From assembly GCA_965231075.1 (NCBI GenBank), contig OZ246412.1:14224-78223 (forward strand): 64,000 bases of DNA. The letters are read 5' to 3'. Each line of letters begins with the position of its first letter. The first letter of the stretch is position 1. This document shows, piece by piece, positions 28,034 through 36,937 of the stretch. The translations under genes and the position numbers were made by a program. The stretch is from an uncultured Candidatus Saccharibacteria bacterium (GTDB taxonomy: Bacteria > Patescibacteriota > Minisyncoccia > RBG-13-40-8-A). The notes below the pieces were generated by a model. That model saw only the letters and a list, made by a program, of their open reading frames with translations. It was not told the DNA's origin and made no database searches.

Positions 28034-29374
28034 ATGAAACAAGAAAAAAAGAAAAGAGGAAGGCCATCGAAGCCAAGAAAACCCAAAATTGCTAAAATAA
28101 AAATTCAAGCACCAAAGGGAGTGCACGATATTTTGCCCGACGATCAAAAATATTGGGAAAAGCTTTATGCTGTAATTACCCAGGTTTTGCCAGGGTATGG
28201 ATTTAAAAGAATCGATGTTCCAGTTTTCGAAGATGCGCGTCTCTATTTAAGGGGCACCGGTTCAACTACGGATATTGTGCAAAAAGAAATGTATACCTTT
28301 AAAAAGGGCGATGCAGAAACTTTTGCGCTTCGCCCGGAATTTACTCCGGGAATTGTGCGGGCATATATTGAACACGGAATGAAAAACCTGCCACAGCCAG
28401 TAAAGCTTTATACCACTGGACCACTGTTTAGACACGATAAACCACAGGCGGGCAGATACAGACAATTTAATCAAATTGATTGGGAAATCATTGGTGATCA
28501 GGGAGCAGTAAGTGACGTGCAGGTCATCCAAACATTTACAAGTATTCTAAAAAAACTTAACCTTAAAAAATACACATTATATATTAATAGTATTGGTTGT
28601 CCGATTTGTGTCCCAAAATATAAAAAGGCACTGATTGGTTATTATAAACAACACCTTAACAGTGTTTGTCCAGATTGTCATCGCCGATTTAAAGAAAACC
28701 CATTAAGATTGTTGGACTGTAAAAACGAAAAATGTCAGAAGACGTCTTTAAAATCACCACAGATATTAGATTTTCTTTGCGATGAATGTCACAAACATTT
28801 TAAAGAAGTATTAGAATTTCTCGATGAATTAAACATTCCTTATCAACTGAATCCTCAACTGGTCCGAGGTCTTGATTATTATACAAAAACCGTTTTTGAG
28901 TTTTATGAAGACACCAAAGAAACTTCGTCACAGGGAGCATTAATGGGCGGGGGAAGATACGATAATCTTGTAGAGATGTTTAAGGGTAGATCGACGCCGG
29001 GAGTGGGTGCGGCAGCGGGAATGGAGCGATTGATAAACGTAGTCAAAAAACAAGATGTTAAATTAATCGAGAAAGAAAAAGCCAAAGTGTTCTTGATCCA
29101 ATTGGGTGACATGGGAAAGAAAAAATGTTTAAAATTGTTTGAAGAATTTCACGCCAAAGGAATTAAAATTGGCGAGGCATTTTCTAAAGAAAGCATTAAG
29201 TCACAATTAAAGGTCGCAGACAAAGAGGGCGCAGAGTGGGCATTAATTATGGGTCAACGAGAAGCACTTGAAGACACTATAATCATTAAAGACATGAAAA
29301 CCGGCGCCCAAGAAACAATAAGATTAGACAGAATAATTAACGAAGTTAAAAAAAGAATAGATTCACCCCGTTAA
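28034..29374 (+). CDS. hisS: Histidine--tRNA ligase
   Basis: APKGVHD, TDIVQKEMY, LRPEFT, PQAGRYRQF, VRGLDYY, GGGRYD. Confidence 0.97.
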   Translation: MKQEKKKRGRPSKPRKPKIAKIKIQAPKGVHDILPDDQKYWEKLYAVITQVLPGYGFKRIDVPVFEDARLYLRGTGSTTDIVQKEMYTFKKGDAETFALRPEFTPGIVRAYIEHGMKNLPQPVKLYTTGPLFRHDKPQAGRYRQFNQIDWEIIGDQGAVSDVQVIQTFTSILKKLNLKKYTLYINSIGCPICVPKYKKALIGYYKQHLNSVCPDCHRRFKENPLRLLDCKNEKCQKTSLKSPQILDFLCDECHKHFKEVLEFLDELNIPYQLNPQLVRGLDYYTKTVFEFYEDTKETSSQGALMGGGRYDNLVEMFKGRSTPGVGAAAGMERLINVVKKQDVKLIEKEKAKVFLIQLGDMGKKKCLKLFEEFHAKGIKIGEAFSKESIKSQLKVADKEGAEWALIMGQREALEDTIIIKDMKTGAQETIRLDRIINEVKKRIDSPR

Positions 29375-29420
29375 ATCCCGCGGAGCGGGTTCGCCGAAGG
29401 CGAAATTTAACAGGGGTAAA
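29361..29420. repeat. 60-bp branched palindromic repeat, copy 1
   Basis: ATTCACCCCGTTAAAT-CCCGCGGAGCGGG-TTCGCCGAAGGCGAA-ATTTAACAGGGGTAAA; 56/60 identical to 30691-30750. Confidence 0.9.
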
Positions 29421-29432
29421 GTAAAACAATAT

Positions 29433-29645
29433 ATGCAGGTTACAAAAAAACCAAAAGAAAACGTGTCTTCTTTAATGAGACGATTCTCGCAAAAGGTGAG
29501 GGAAAGCGGAATTTTAATGGAAGCAAAAAAATCGCAATTTCGCACAAAACCACAAAGCCGAATTACGCGCAGAAAGGGTGCCTTGGAGAGAGTCTCAATT
29601 AGAAAAGCAAAAATGCGTTTAAGAAAATTTGGAAAAACTAAATAA
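29433..29645 (+). CDS. rpsU: 30S ribosomal protein S21
   Basis: ENVSSLMRRFSQKV..SGIL.EAK; upstream of yqeY. Confidence 0.8.
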   Translation: MQVTKKPKENVSSLMRRFSQKVRESGILMEAKKSQFRTKPQSRITRRKGALERVSIRKAKMRLRKFGKTK

Positions 29646-29661
29646 TTAATTTTTCAAAAAT

Positions 29662-30150
29662 ATGTTACGAGAAAAAATTAATGGTGATATCAAGCAAGCA
29701 ATGATTGCGAAGCAAGAGTTGTTGCTTTTGGTTTTAAGGGGGATTAATTCCTCGATAAAAAATAAGGAAATCGAGAAAAGAACAAAACTTGTTAAAACAG
29801 AGAAGGATCTCACAAAAGTTGATGAATTATGCAAATTAAACGACGAAGAAATAATCGACGTAATTTCTAGTGAAGCCAAAAAACGAAAAGACTCGATCGA
29901 AGAATTCACTAAGGGCAACAGAATGGACTTAGTGGAAAAAGAACAAAAAGAATTAGAAATTTTAAAACAATATTTGCCAGAACAAATGTCGGAAGACGCA
30001 GTAAGAGAGATTATCAAGAAAGCAATCGAAGAAACCGGTGCGGCCGGACCAAAAGACACGGGAAAAGTAATGGCAAAAATTATGCCACAAGTCAAAGGCA
30101 AAGCTGACGGTTCATTGGTCAGTAAAATCGTTGGGGAATTATTAAAATAA
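29662..30150 (+). CDS. GatB/YqeY domain protein
   Basis: KKRKDSIEEF..GNR.DL..KE..EL..L..YLPEQ; GKADG. Confidence 0.93.
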   Translation: MLREKINGDIKQAMIAKQELLLLVLRGINSSIKNKEIEKRTKLVKTEKDLTKVDELCKLNDEEIIDVISSEAKKRKDSIEEFTKGNRMDLVEKEQKELEILKQYLPEQMSEDAVREIIKKAIEETGAAGPKDTGKVMAKIMPQVKGKADGSLVSKIVGELLK

Positions 30151-30161
30151 ATAACAAATAT

Positions 30162-30299
30162 ATGAACAACGAAACAAATATTTTTGCGAAAAAATTGCCG
30201 GGATGGATTTTTGTTGTCGCCATGTTTTTTGCAGCAGTGGCCGTGGTCTTAATTGCTCAGGGCGCATTTTTGATTATTGACGACATGAGCAAGATATAA
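30162..30299 (+). CDS. 45-aa single-TM small protein (not in ORF track)
   Basis: MNNETNIFAKKLPGWIFVVAMFFAAVAVVLIAQGAFLIIDDMSKI fills the yqeY-ybeY gap. Confidence 0.55.
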   Translation: MNNETNIFAKKLPGWIFVVAMFFAAVAVVLIAQGAFLIIDDMSKI

Positions 30300-30302
30300 T
30301 AA

Positions 30303-30704
30303 ATGAAAGTTGAGATAAATAAATTGGTTCCCGACAAGATTGATTTTGAATTTTTAGAGAAATTTGTACAAAAGGTTTTAAAATTGGTAAAATTAAATAT
30401 TCCCGAATTAAGTGTGGTTTTAGTTTGCGACGCACGGATGAAATCTATAAACAAAAAATATCGCAACAAAAACAAAACCACAGATGTGCTGTCGTTTGAT
30501 TACGGAGAAGTAATCGTTTGTTTAAATCAAGCCAAAAGACAAGCAAAAAAAGAGAAACACTCAATCGAAGACGAATTAGAAACACTATTACTTCATGGTA
30601 TACTTCATTTGGCAGGTTACGATGACCAAACAAATGATGGCTATGGAAAAATGGTCAACAAGCAAAATCAAGTTTTAAGAAAAATGAAAAATTCACCCCG
30701 TTAA
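30303..30704 (+). CDS. ybeY: rRNA maturation endoribonuclease YbeY
   Basis: NKKYR...TDVLSF, HGILHLAGYD. Confidence 0.93.
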   Translation: MKVEINKLVPDKIDFEFLEKFVQKVLKLVKLNIPELSVVLVCDARMKSINKKYRNKNKTTDVLSFDYGEVIVCLNQAKRQAKKEKHSIEDELETLLLHGILHLAGYDDQTNDGYGKMVNKQNQVLRKMKNSPR

Positions 30705-30750
30705 ATCCCACGAAGTGGGTTCGCCAAAGGCGAAATTTAACAGGGGTAAA
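30691..30750. repeat. 60-bp branched palindromic repeat, copy 2
   Basis: ATTCACCCCGTTAAAT-CCCACGAAGTGGG-TTCGCCAAAGGCGAA-ATTTAACAGGGGTAAA. Confidence 0.9.
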
Positions 30751-30759
30751 AAAGGAGGT

Positions 30760-32019
30760 ATGGGAAGAAATCAAATCATAGTTGGGCTAGATGTTGGCAC
30801 GAGCAAAGTAAGAACCGTGGCGGCATCAATCAGAACCAAAGAAGAAGCAAAACCAAGAATTATTGGTATTGGTGAAAGTGGTTCTTTTGGTATGCGCAAG
30901 GGCATGGTCGTAGACATTGAAGAAATGACCAAGAGTATCAAAAAATCAATTGAACAAGCCGAAAGAATGATTGGCGATTCGATTGATAAAGTTTATGTGG
31001 CAGTTGGGGGAAGTCACATCAAAGCCAGAAATAGCAAAGGAGTAGCCGCGGTTTCGCGAGCCGATAATAATGAATTTACCGACGGCGATATGAATCGTGC
31101 AATCACCAATGCTTCTGCCGTCTCTTTGGGGCCGAATAAAGAAATTTTAGATATTATTTCGCAGGAATTTAATATTGATGGTCAAGGCGGAATACAAGAT
31201 CCACGCGGTATGAGCGGAGTGAGATTAGAAGTTGATACCTTAATTATTGAAGGTCAGGCACAATATTTGAAAAATTTAAGAAAATGTTTAACTTTAAATA
31301 GAATTGAACCAGAAGCGTTAATTTTAGATGTATTAGCGGCGTCAGATGCAGTACTTTCAAAGAAACAAAAGGAGTTGGGTGTTTTGGTTTTAGACCTAGG
31401 CGCGGGTACGACCGGCATGGCCGTATATGAAGAAGGCAAACTACTGGATGTCCAAATCCTACCAATCGGCTCTAGCCACATTACTTATGACATAGCCATT
31501 GGCCTAAAAACCAGTCCCGACGTTGCCGAAAAAGTTAAAATTGCTTATGGTACCTGTTTGCCCGAAGAAATTGGCAAGAAAGACATTATCGACTTATCAA
31601 AAATAGATGAAAATGAAGAAGGGGTTGCTAGCAGAAAAGAAATGTCGCGGATTATCGAAGCAAGGATTGATGAAATTTTCGAATTGGTAAATAAAGAACT
31701 AAAAAGAATTGGCAGAGAAAGAAAATTGCCATCGGGGGTTATTTTGGTTGGTGGCGGTTCAAAAATATCTGGAATTATTGATTTAGCGAAAGACAAATTG
31801 AAATTAAATGTTCAAATTGGGTATCCGCAAGAAATTGATGGATTAGTAGACAAGGTTGACGACCCAGGATTTGCCACAGCCGTAGGACTAATTCATAAAG
31901 CCATGGAACTACAAGACAGGGGGGAAGATATAAGAATTCCGCTCATCGGAAATTTAAATCATAAAAGTAAAGGATTGTTGGATAGGGTTAAAAAGATATT
32001 TCGACCGTTTATCCCATAG
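30760..32019 (+). CDS. ftsA: Cell division protein FtsA
   Basis: GLDVGTSKV, GMSGVRLEV, LDLGAGTT, LVGGGS; start moved to ATG 30760. Confidence 0.96.
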   Translation: MGRNQIIVGLDVGTSKVRTVAASIRTKEEAKPRIIGIGESGSFGMRKGMVVDIEEMTKSIKKSIEQAERMIGDSIDKVYVAVGGSHIKARNSKGVAAVSRADNNEFTDGDMNRAITNASAVSLGPNKEILDIISQEFNIDGQGGIQDPRGMSGVRLEVDTLIIEGQAQYLKNLRKCLTLNRIEPEALILDVLAASDAVLSKKQKELGVLVLDLGAGTTGMAVYEEGKLLDVQILPIGSSHITYDIAIGLKTSPDVAEKVKIAYGTCLPEEIGKKDIIDLSKIDENEEGVASRKEMSRIIEARIDEIFELVNKELKRIGRERKLPSGVILVGGGSKISGIIDLAKDKLKLNVQIGYPQEIDGLVDKVDDPGFATAVGLIHKAMELQDRGEDIRIPLIGNLNHKSKGLLDRVKKIFRPFIP

Positions 32020-32077
32020 CTCTTGATTATTTTTTTGATTTGATATAGTATGGAATTCTAGTAAAATACTATAGAAT

Positions 32078-33229
32078 ATGCCTCAAATCAAACCAGAAAT
32101 TGAAACATTTGCCCGCATCAAAGTTGTGGGAGTTGGTGGGAGTGGTGGAAATGCTCTCGGTCGCATGATGTCCTGCGGGATTAAGGGCGTTGATTTTGTT
32201 GCTATCAACACAGATGTTCAAGCATTACACAACAATAAAGCGCAACACAAGATTCATATTGGAAAGGTGTTAACAAGAGGCATGGGTGCAGGAATGAATC
32301 CGGAAGTTGGCAGAAGAGCGGCGGAAGAAAACAAAGAAGAAATTCAACAAGCGCTTCGTGGTTCAGACATGGTTTTTATAACATGTGGCTTGGGTGGCGG
32401 TACCGGTTCAGGTGCTTCAGCTGTTGTGGCAGAACTTGCCAGAGAAACAGGAGCATTAACCGTGGCTGTTGTCACCAAGCCTTTTTCTTTTGAAGGAACA
32501 CAAAGATCAAGAATCGCTGAAGAAGCACTGGCAGAATTAAAACAAAAAGTAGACACAATCATTGTTATTCCTAATGATCGTTTATTAAATGTAATCGACA
32601 AGAAAATTTCTTTATTGAATGCATTCGGAATTGTTGATGATGTTTTGCGTCAAGCAGTGCAAGGAATCTCTGATCTGATTATTTATCCCGGAATTGTTAA
32701 TTTGGATTTTGCTGATATTAAAACAATTATGGAAAATTCAGGACCGGCAATTATGGGTATTGGACGCGCTACAGGAGAAGAGAGAGCGATTGAGGCCGCT
32801 AAAGCAGCGATTAGTTCTCCGTTGCTTGAATTCTCAATTGAGGGCGCAAAGGGAGTTTTGTTTAATGTTACCGGTGGTTCTGATTTGGGAATGATTGAGG
32901 TTGCCGAGGCAGCAAAAGTAATCACTGAATCAGCAGATCGAGATGCAAAAGTTATCTTTGGTGCGGTGATTGATGATAAAATCAAAAAGGGTGAAATTAA
33001 AATCACGGTTATTGCAACCGGTTTTAATCATAATGGATCAAGCCACTCTAATCAAATGTCGTTGGCTTCGGAAATGAATGCACCAATTAATGTCGAAGTT
33101 GAAAAAAGAAGAATAATTAGTAAAGAAATTACCAAAGAAGAAAACGCAAAAACCGGATACAAAAGTCCACTAGCTGACGACAACGATGATGAATGGGACA
33201 TTCCTACATTTTTAAGAAAAAAGAAATAA
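32078..33229 (+). CDS. ftsZ: Cell division protein FtsZ
   Basis: GGGTGSG, NLDFAD, C-terminal DIPTFLRK. Confidence 0.98.
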   Translation: MPQIKPEIETFARIKVVGVGGSGGNALGRMMSCGIKGVDFVAINTDVQALHNNKAQHKIHIGKVLTRGMGAGMNPEVGRRAAEENKEEIQQALRGSDMVFITCGLGGGTGSGASAVVAELARETGALTVAVVTKPFSFEGTQRSRIAEEALAELKQKVDTIIVIPNDRLLNVIDKKISLLNAFGIVDDVLRQAVQGISDLIIYPGIVNLDFADIKTIMENSGPAIMGIGRATGEERAIEAAKAAISSPLLEFSIEGAKGVLFNVTGGSDLGMIEVAEAAKVITESADRDAKVIFGAVIDDKIKKGEIKITVIATGFNHNGSSHSNQMSLASEMNAPINVEVEKRRIISKEITKEENAKTGYKSPLADDNDDEWDIPTFLRKKK

Positions 33230-33306
33230 TTGATTCAGAAAATTTATTTTGATATAATTAAATCTCACTCAAAAAGTGAGATTTAAAATTCTTTAAAACA
33301 GGGAGG
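33230..33306 (+). promoter_or_regulatory. Promoter, 12-bp inverted repeat and SD
   Basis: TTGATT-N17-TATAAT; TTAAATCTCACT-CAAAA-AGTGAGATTTAA (33258-33286); GGGAGG. Confidence 0.7.
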
Positions 33307-33311
33307 GCATT

Positions 33312-33617
33312 GTGAGAAAGAGAAGCGTCGAAGAGGAAATCAGACTTTTAAAGGGGGATCTTTATAATCGCAAAAGAAAATATCAGGTGTTTTTTCTTCT
33401 TTTGTTTATTCTATATTTGATTGCGCCAATTTTTAAAATCCACGAATTTTTTGGAGAAGAAATTATTACTAACTTCTTCGGAGATAAGCTTTGGGATTAT
33501 TATTTGTCGGGATTCTTAATACTTATTAGCGTTGCGTTGGTGATGATCCCAAGAAAAAAAATTTCCGACAGAAGAGACAAGAAAGTTCTAAAAGATGAGT
33601 ACAAAATTATAGTCTAA
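33312..33617 (+). CDS. Hypothetical 2-TM membrane protein
   Basis: GTG start after SD; two hydrophobic helices; followed by a terminator. Confidence 0.6.
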   Translation: MRKRSVEEEIRLLKGDLYNRKRKYQVFFLLLFILYLIAPIFKIHEFFGEEIITNFFGDKLWDYYLSGFLILISVALVMIPRKKISDRRDKKVLKDEYKIIV

Positions 33618-33629
33618 AACGCATTCTCT

Positions 33630-33668
33630 GGGCGAATTTACCACTGAGTGAATTCGCTCGTTTTATTT
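33630..33668 (+). terminator. Intrinsic terminator
   Basis: GGGCGAATTTAC...GTGAATTCGCTC then GTTTTATTT. Confidence 0.7.
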
Positions 33669-33790
33669 GTTTTAATTTGACTTGCTTTAATTTTTTTAAT
33701 TGTTTAAAATTAAGTATTAAATTAGTTTTTTAATATTTTAAAATGGGTTATAATGATATTTCATATCACTAACTTACTAAGTAATGGGTC

Positions 33791-35890
33791 ATGAAAAATA
33801 AATTTACGCAATTAAAAAAAAGAGATGGACGAATCGTTGATTTTGATCAAGATAAAGTTACCGAAGCAATTTTTAAAGCGTTGACAGCTACCAACAAGGG
33901 AGGGCGAGGTATCGCCAAAAAACTCTCCGATAAAGTGGTAGTTTTTTTAAACAAGAGATTTAAAAAAGATCACATTCCCACAGTTGAAGAGATCCAAGAC
34001 TTAGTTGAAGAAGTCTTGATTCTGGCCGATTACGCGGAAACTGCGCGTTCATATATTTTGTATCGTGAACAACGAAGGAAGGTTAGAGAGATTGAAAAAG
34101 CGACCCAAGAGAGTGTGGATATGGTAAGTAGTTATGTTGAAGAACTTGATTGGCAGGTCCACGAGAACAGTAACATGAATTATTCTTTACAGGGACTTCA
34201 TGACTATACCTCGAGTTCAATTACAAAAATTTATTGGTTAAATAAAGTTTATCCTCAAGAAATACGTGAAGCAGTACAATCCGGAGATTTTCATATTCAT
34301 GATTTGGGATATTTGGCTCCTTATTGCTGTGGTTGGGATTTAACCGATCTACTGATGAAGGGATTTAAAGGTGTGTCAGGGAAAATTGAAACCAAACCAG
34401 CGAAACATTTTCGTACAGCCTTAAATCATATCGTAAATTTCTTTTATACATTACAAGGCGAAACCGCTGGAGCAGAAGCGTTTTCTAGTTTTGATACATT
34501 GCTCGCCCCGTTTATCCGTTACGATAAGCTTGATTACGAACAGGTCAAACAATGCTTACAAGAATTTTTATTCGGTTGTAACGTACCCACGCGCGTTGGA
34601 TTTCAAACTCCGTTCACCAATATAACCATGGATTTAATTGTTCCCAATAATATAAAAGACAATCCAGTAATCATTGGCGGGAAACCACAGAAAGAAACCT
34701 ACAAAGAATTTCAAAAAGAAATGGACATGTTAAACAGAGCATTTGCGGAATTAATGGCAGAAGGAGATGCAACCGGGAGAGTGTTTACCTTTCCCATACC
34801 AACATATAATATCACTAAGGACTTTCAATGGGACAATCCAGTGTTGGATTCGGTTTGGGAAATGACTGCAAAGTATGGAATTCCGTATTTTGCAAATTTT
34901 ATCAACAGCGAAATGAGTCCTGAGGATGCTCGTTCAATGTGTTGTCGTTTACGATTAGACAACAGAGAGCTATATAAAAGAGGAGGGGGTTTGTTTGGCG
35001 CGGCACCATTAACTGGTTCTGTGGGCGTAGTGACGATTAATTTGCCAAGAATTGGATATCTTTCGAAGACTAAAGAAGAATTTTTAAATCGTTTAAAGAA
35101 TTTAATGGATCTAGCCAAGGATTCTTTAGAAATAAAAAGAAAAACCGTTGAGACATTTACCGAGAAAGGATTGTATCCTTACGCTAAATATTATTTAGAG
35201 GGCGTGAAAAAGATGCGCGGAAGTTATTGGGGTAATCATTTTTCAACTATCGGATTAATTGGTATGAATGAAGCGTTATTGAATTTTATGAAGAAAGATA
35301 TCACCAGCTCTGAAGGAAGAAAATTTGCAATCGAAGTTTTGGAATTTATGCGCGAAAGAATGAAAATGTATCAAGAATCAACGGGGAACATGTATAACCT
35401 AGAAGCATCTCCCAGCGAAGGTACCTCTTATCGTTTAGCAAAAATGGACAGAAAACAATATCCCAACATTATTACCGCCGGAAACGGTGAACCGTATTAT
35501 ACAAATTCCACACAATTGCCAGTAGATTATACTGACGATCTATTCGAGGCACTAAAAATCCAGGATGATCTACAAACCAAATACACTGGTGGAACAGTAT
35601 TTCATGGATTTATCGGTGAAAAAATTTCTGACAATGAAACCGTAAAAAGTTTAATTAAAAAAGTATTTACTAAATTCCACTTACCATATTTCACGCTCAC
35701 GCCCACATTTAGTATTTGTCCGACACATGGTTACATTAATGGAGAGCACTTTGCTTGTCCTAAATGTACAATCGAACAACCCTGTGAAGTTTATTCGAGA
35801 ATTGTGGGATATATTAGGCCCGTACAACAATGGAACAAGGGGAAGCAACAGGAATTTAGGGAAAGAAAAGAATTTAAACCAAAAGTTTAA
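33791..35890 (+). CDS. nrdD: Anaerobic (class III) ribonucleotide reductase with ATP cone
   Basis: KKRDGRIVDFD ATP cone, YCCGW, RSMCCRL, YTNS, YSRIVGY glycyl-radical motif. Confidence 0.96.
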   Translation: MKNKFTQLKKRDGRIVDFDQDKVTEAIFKALTATNKGGRGIAKKLSDKVVVFLNKRFKKDHIPTVEEIQDLVEEVLILADYAETARSYILYREQRRKVREIEKATQESVDMVSSYVEELDWQVHENSNMNYSLQGLHDYTSSSITKIYWLNKVYPQEIREAVQSGDFHIHDLGYLAPYCCGWDLTDLLMKGFKGVSGKIETKPAKHFRTALNHIVNFFYTLQGETAGAEAFSSFDTLLAPFIRYDKLDYEQVKQCLQEFLFGCNVPTRVGFQTPFTNITMDLIVPNNIKDNPVIIGGKPQKETYKEFQKEMDMLNRAFAELMAEGDATGRVFTFPIPTYNITKDFQWDNPVLDSVWEMTAKYGIPYFANFINSEMSPEDARSMCCRLRLDNRELYKRGGGLFGAAPLTGSVGVVTINLPRIGYLSKTKEEFLNRLKNLMDLAKDSLEIKRKTVETFTEKGLYPYAKYYLEGVKKMRGSYWGNHFSTIGLIGMNEALLNFMKKDITSSEGRKFAIEVLEFMRERMKMYQESTGNMYNLEASPSEGTSYRLAKMDRKQYPNIITAGNGEPYYTNSTQLPVDYTDDLFEALKIQDDLQTKYTGGTVFHGFIGEKISDNETVKSLIKKVFTKFHLPYFTLTPTFSICPTHGYINGEHFACPKCTIEQPCEVYSRIVGYIRPVQQWNKGKQQEFRERKEFKPKV

Positions 35891-35895
35891 AATCT

Positions 35896-36594
35896 ATGAA
35901 AATAGGGGGTTTGCAAAAACTAACTCTCGTTGATTATCCAAACAAAATTGCAGCAACAGTGTTTTTAACTGGCTGCAATTTTAAGTGTGGCTTTTGTCAC
36001 AATTTCGACATTGTTGATCCCGACCTTGCGTCGGGACGAGTTCCAATTACCGAAAAAGAATTTTTTGACTTTTTAAAATCAAAACAAGGACTAATTGACG
36101 GAATCTGTGTTACCGGCGGAGAACCCACGATCAATGCTGACTTGATTAATTTTATAAAAAGAATAAAAGAATTAAATTTCTCAATTAAATTAGACACAAA
36201 TGGGAGCAATCCATCGATGCTAAAAGAGCTGATCGATCAGAAATTATTAGATTTCGTTGCCATGGATATTAAAACGAGTCCAGAAAAATATACAAAAGCG
36301 GTTGGCACAGAAATCAATATAGACAATATCAAGAAAAGCGTAGAAATAATCAGAAAATCAAAAATTGATTACGAATTTAGAACCACAGTTGTGCCGGGGA
36401 TAGTTGACAGAGAAGACGTTGAAAAACTTGGCAAATGGTTGAAGGGTGCGAAAAAATTCTCTTTACAGCAGTTCAGAAATCAAAAAGTTTTGAATAAAGA
36501 ATTCGAAAAAATCGTACCGTATTGGGACGATACATTAAAAGAGTTTAAAAAGATATTAGAAAAATATATTAAAAACGTCGAACTAAGAATTTGA
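35896..36594 (+). CDS. nrdG: Class III RNR activating radical SAM protein
   Basis: GCNFKCGFCHN, TGGEPT, KLDTNGS; follows nrdD. Confidence 0.94.
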   Translation: MKIGGLQKLTLVDYPNKIAATVFLTGCNFKCGFCHNFDIVDPDLASGRVPITEKEFFDFLKSKQGLIDGICVTGGEPTINADLINFIKRIKELNFSIKLDTNGSNPSMLKELIDQKLLDFVAMDIKTSPEKYTKAVGTEINIDNIKKSVEIIRKSKIDYEFRTTVVPGIVDREDVEKLGKWLKGAKKFSLQQFRNQKVLNKEFEKIVPYWDDTLKEFKKILEKYIKNVELRI

Positions 36595-36631
36595 CTTTAT
36601 AAGTAGAAAGAGTATATTAGAATCAAGGAGG
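36591..36631 (+). promoter_or_regulatory. Promoter and SD for cassette gene
   Basis: TTGACT-N16-TATATT; AAGGAGG. Confidence 0.6.
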
Positions 36632-36635
36632 ACTT

Positions 36636-36845
36636 ATGAACATTTTAAAAAATAAAGTTTGGACGTGTTCGGGGTGCAATTGTCAGAACCCGGAAAGTCG
36701 TGCCACGTGTTTTAATTGTGGCACGCTGAAAGTGCTACTGGTCACCAAAGAGCCGGTGCTCGACTTTGGTCCTGATTACTCCGGCGATGGTCACCAAGAA
36801 GAAATTCAAATGCAACGAGATCATGGCCTAGACCCGATTGAATGA
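36636..36845 (+). CDS. Small RanBP2-type zinc-finger protein
   Basis: W-x-C-x2-C-x3-N-x6-C-x2-C (WTCSGCNCQNPESRATCFNC), acidic tail. Confidence 0.7.
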   Translation: MNILKNKVWTCSGCNCQNPESRATCFNCGTLKVLLVTKEPVLDFGPDYSGDGHQEEIQMQRDHGLDPIE

Positions 36846-36865
36846 ATTACATTTCCGGACATTAT

Positions 36866-36896
36866 GAGGGACTCTCGTGTCCCTCTTTTTTTATTT
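36866..36896 (+). terminator. Intrinsic terminator
   Basis: GAGGGAC-TCTCGT-GTCCCTC-TTTTTTTATTT. Confidence 0.8.
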
Positions 36897-36937
36897 AATA
36901 CTTGTTTCAGGCCCATTGAAGATGTAAAATTGAATTA

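Noticed and set aside
29361-30750. 60-bp repeats as a CRISPR array or composite transposon ends
   Set aside because: Only two copies 1.3 kb apart, enclosing core genes; no cas or transposase genes in the window.
30715-30759. N-terminal extension of FtsA from GTG 30715
   Set aside because: Encoded by the repeat element; FtsA homology begins after ATG 30760.
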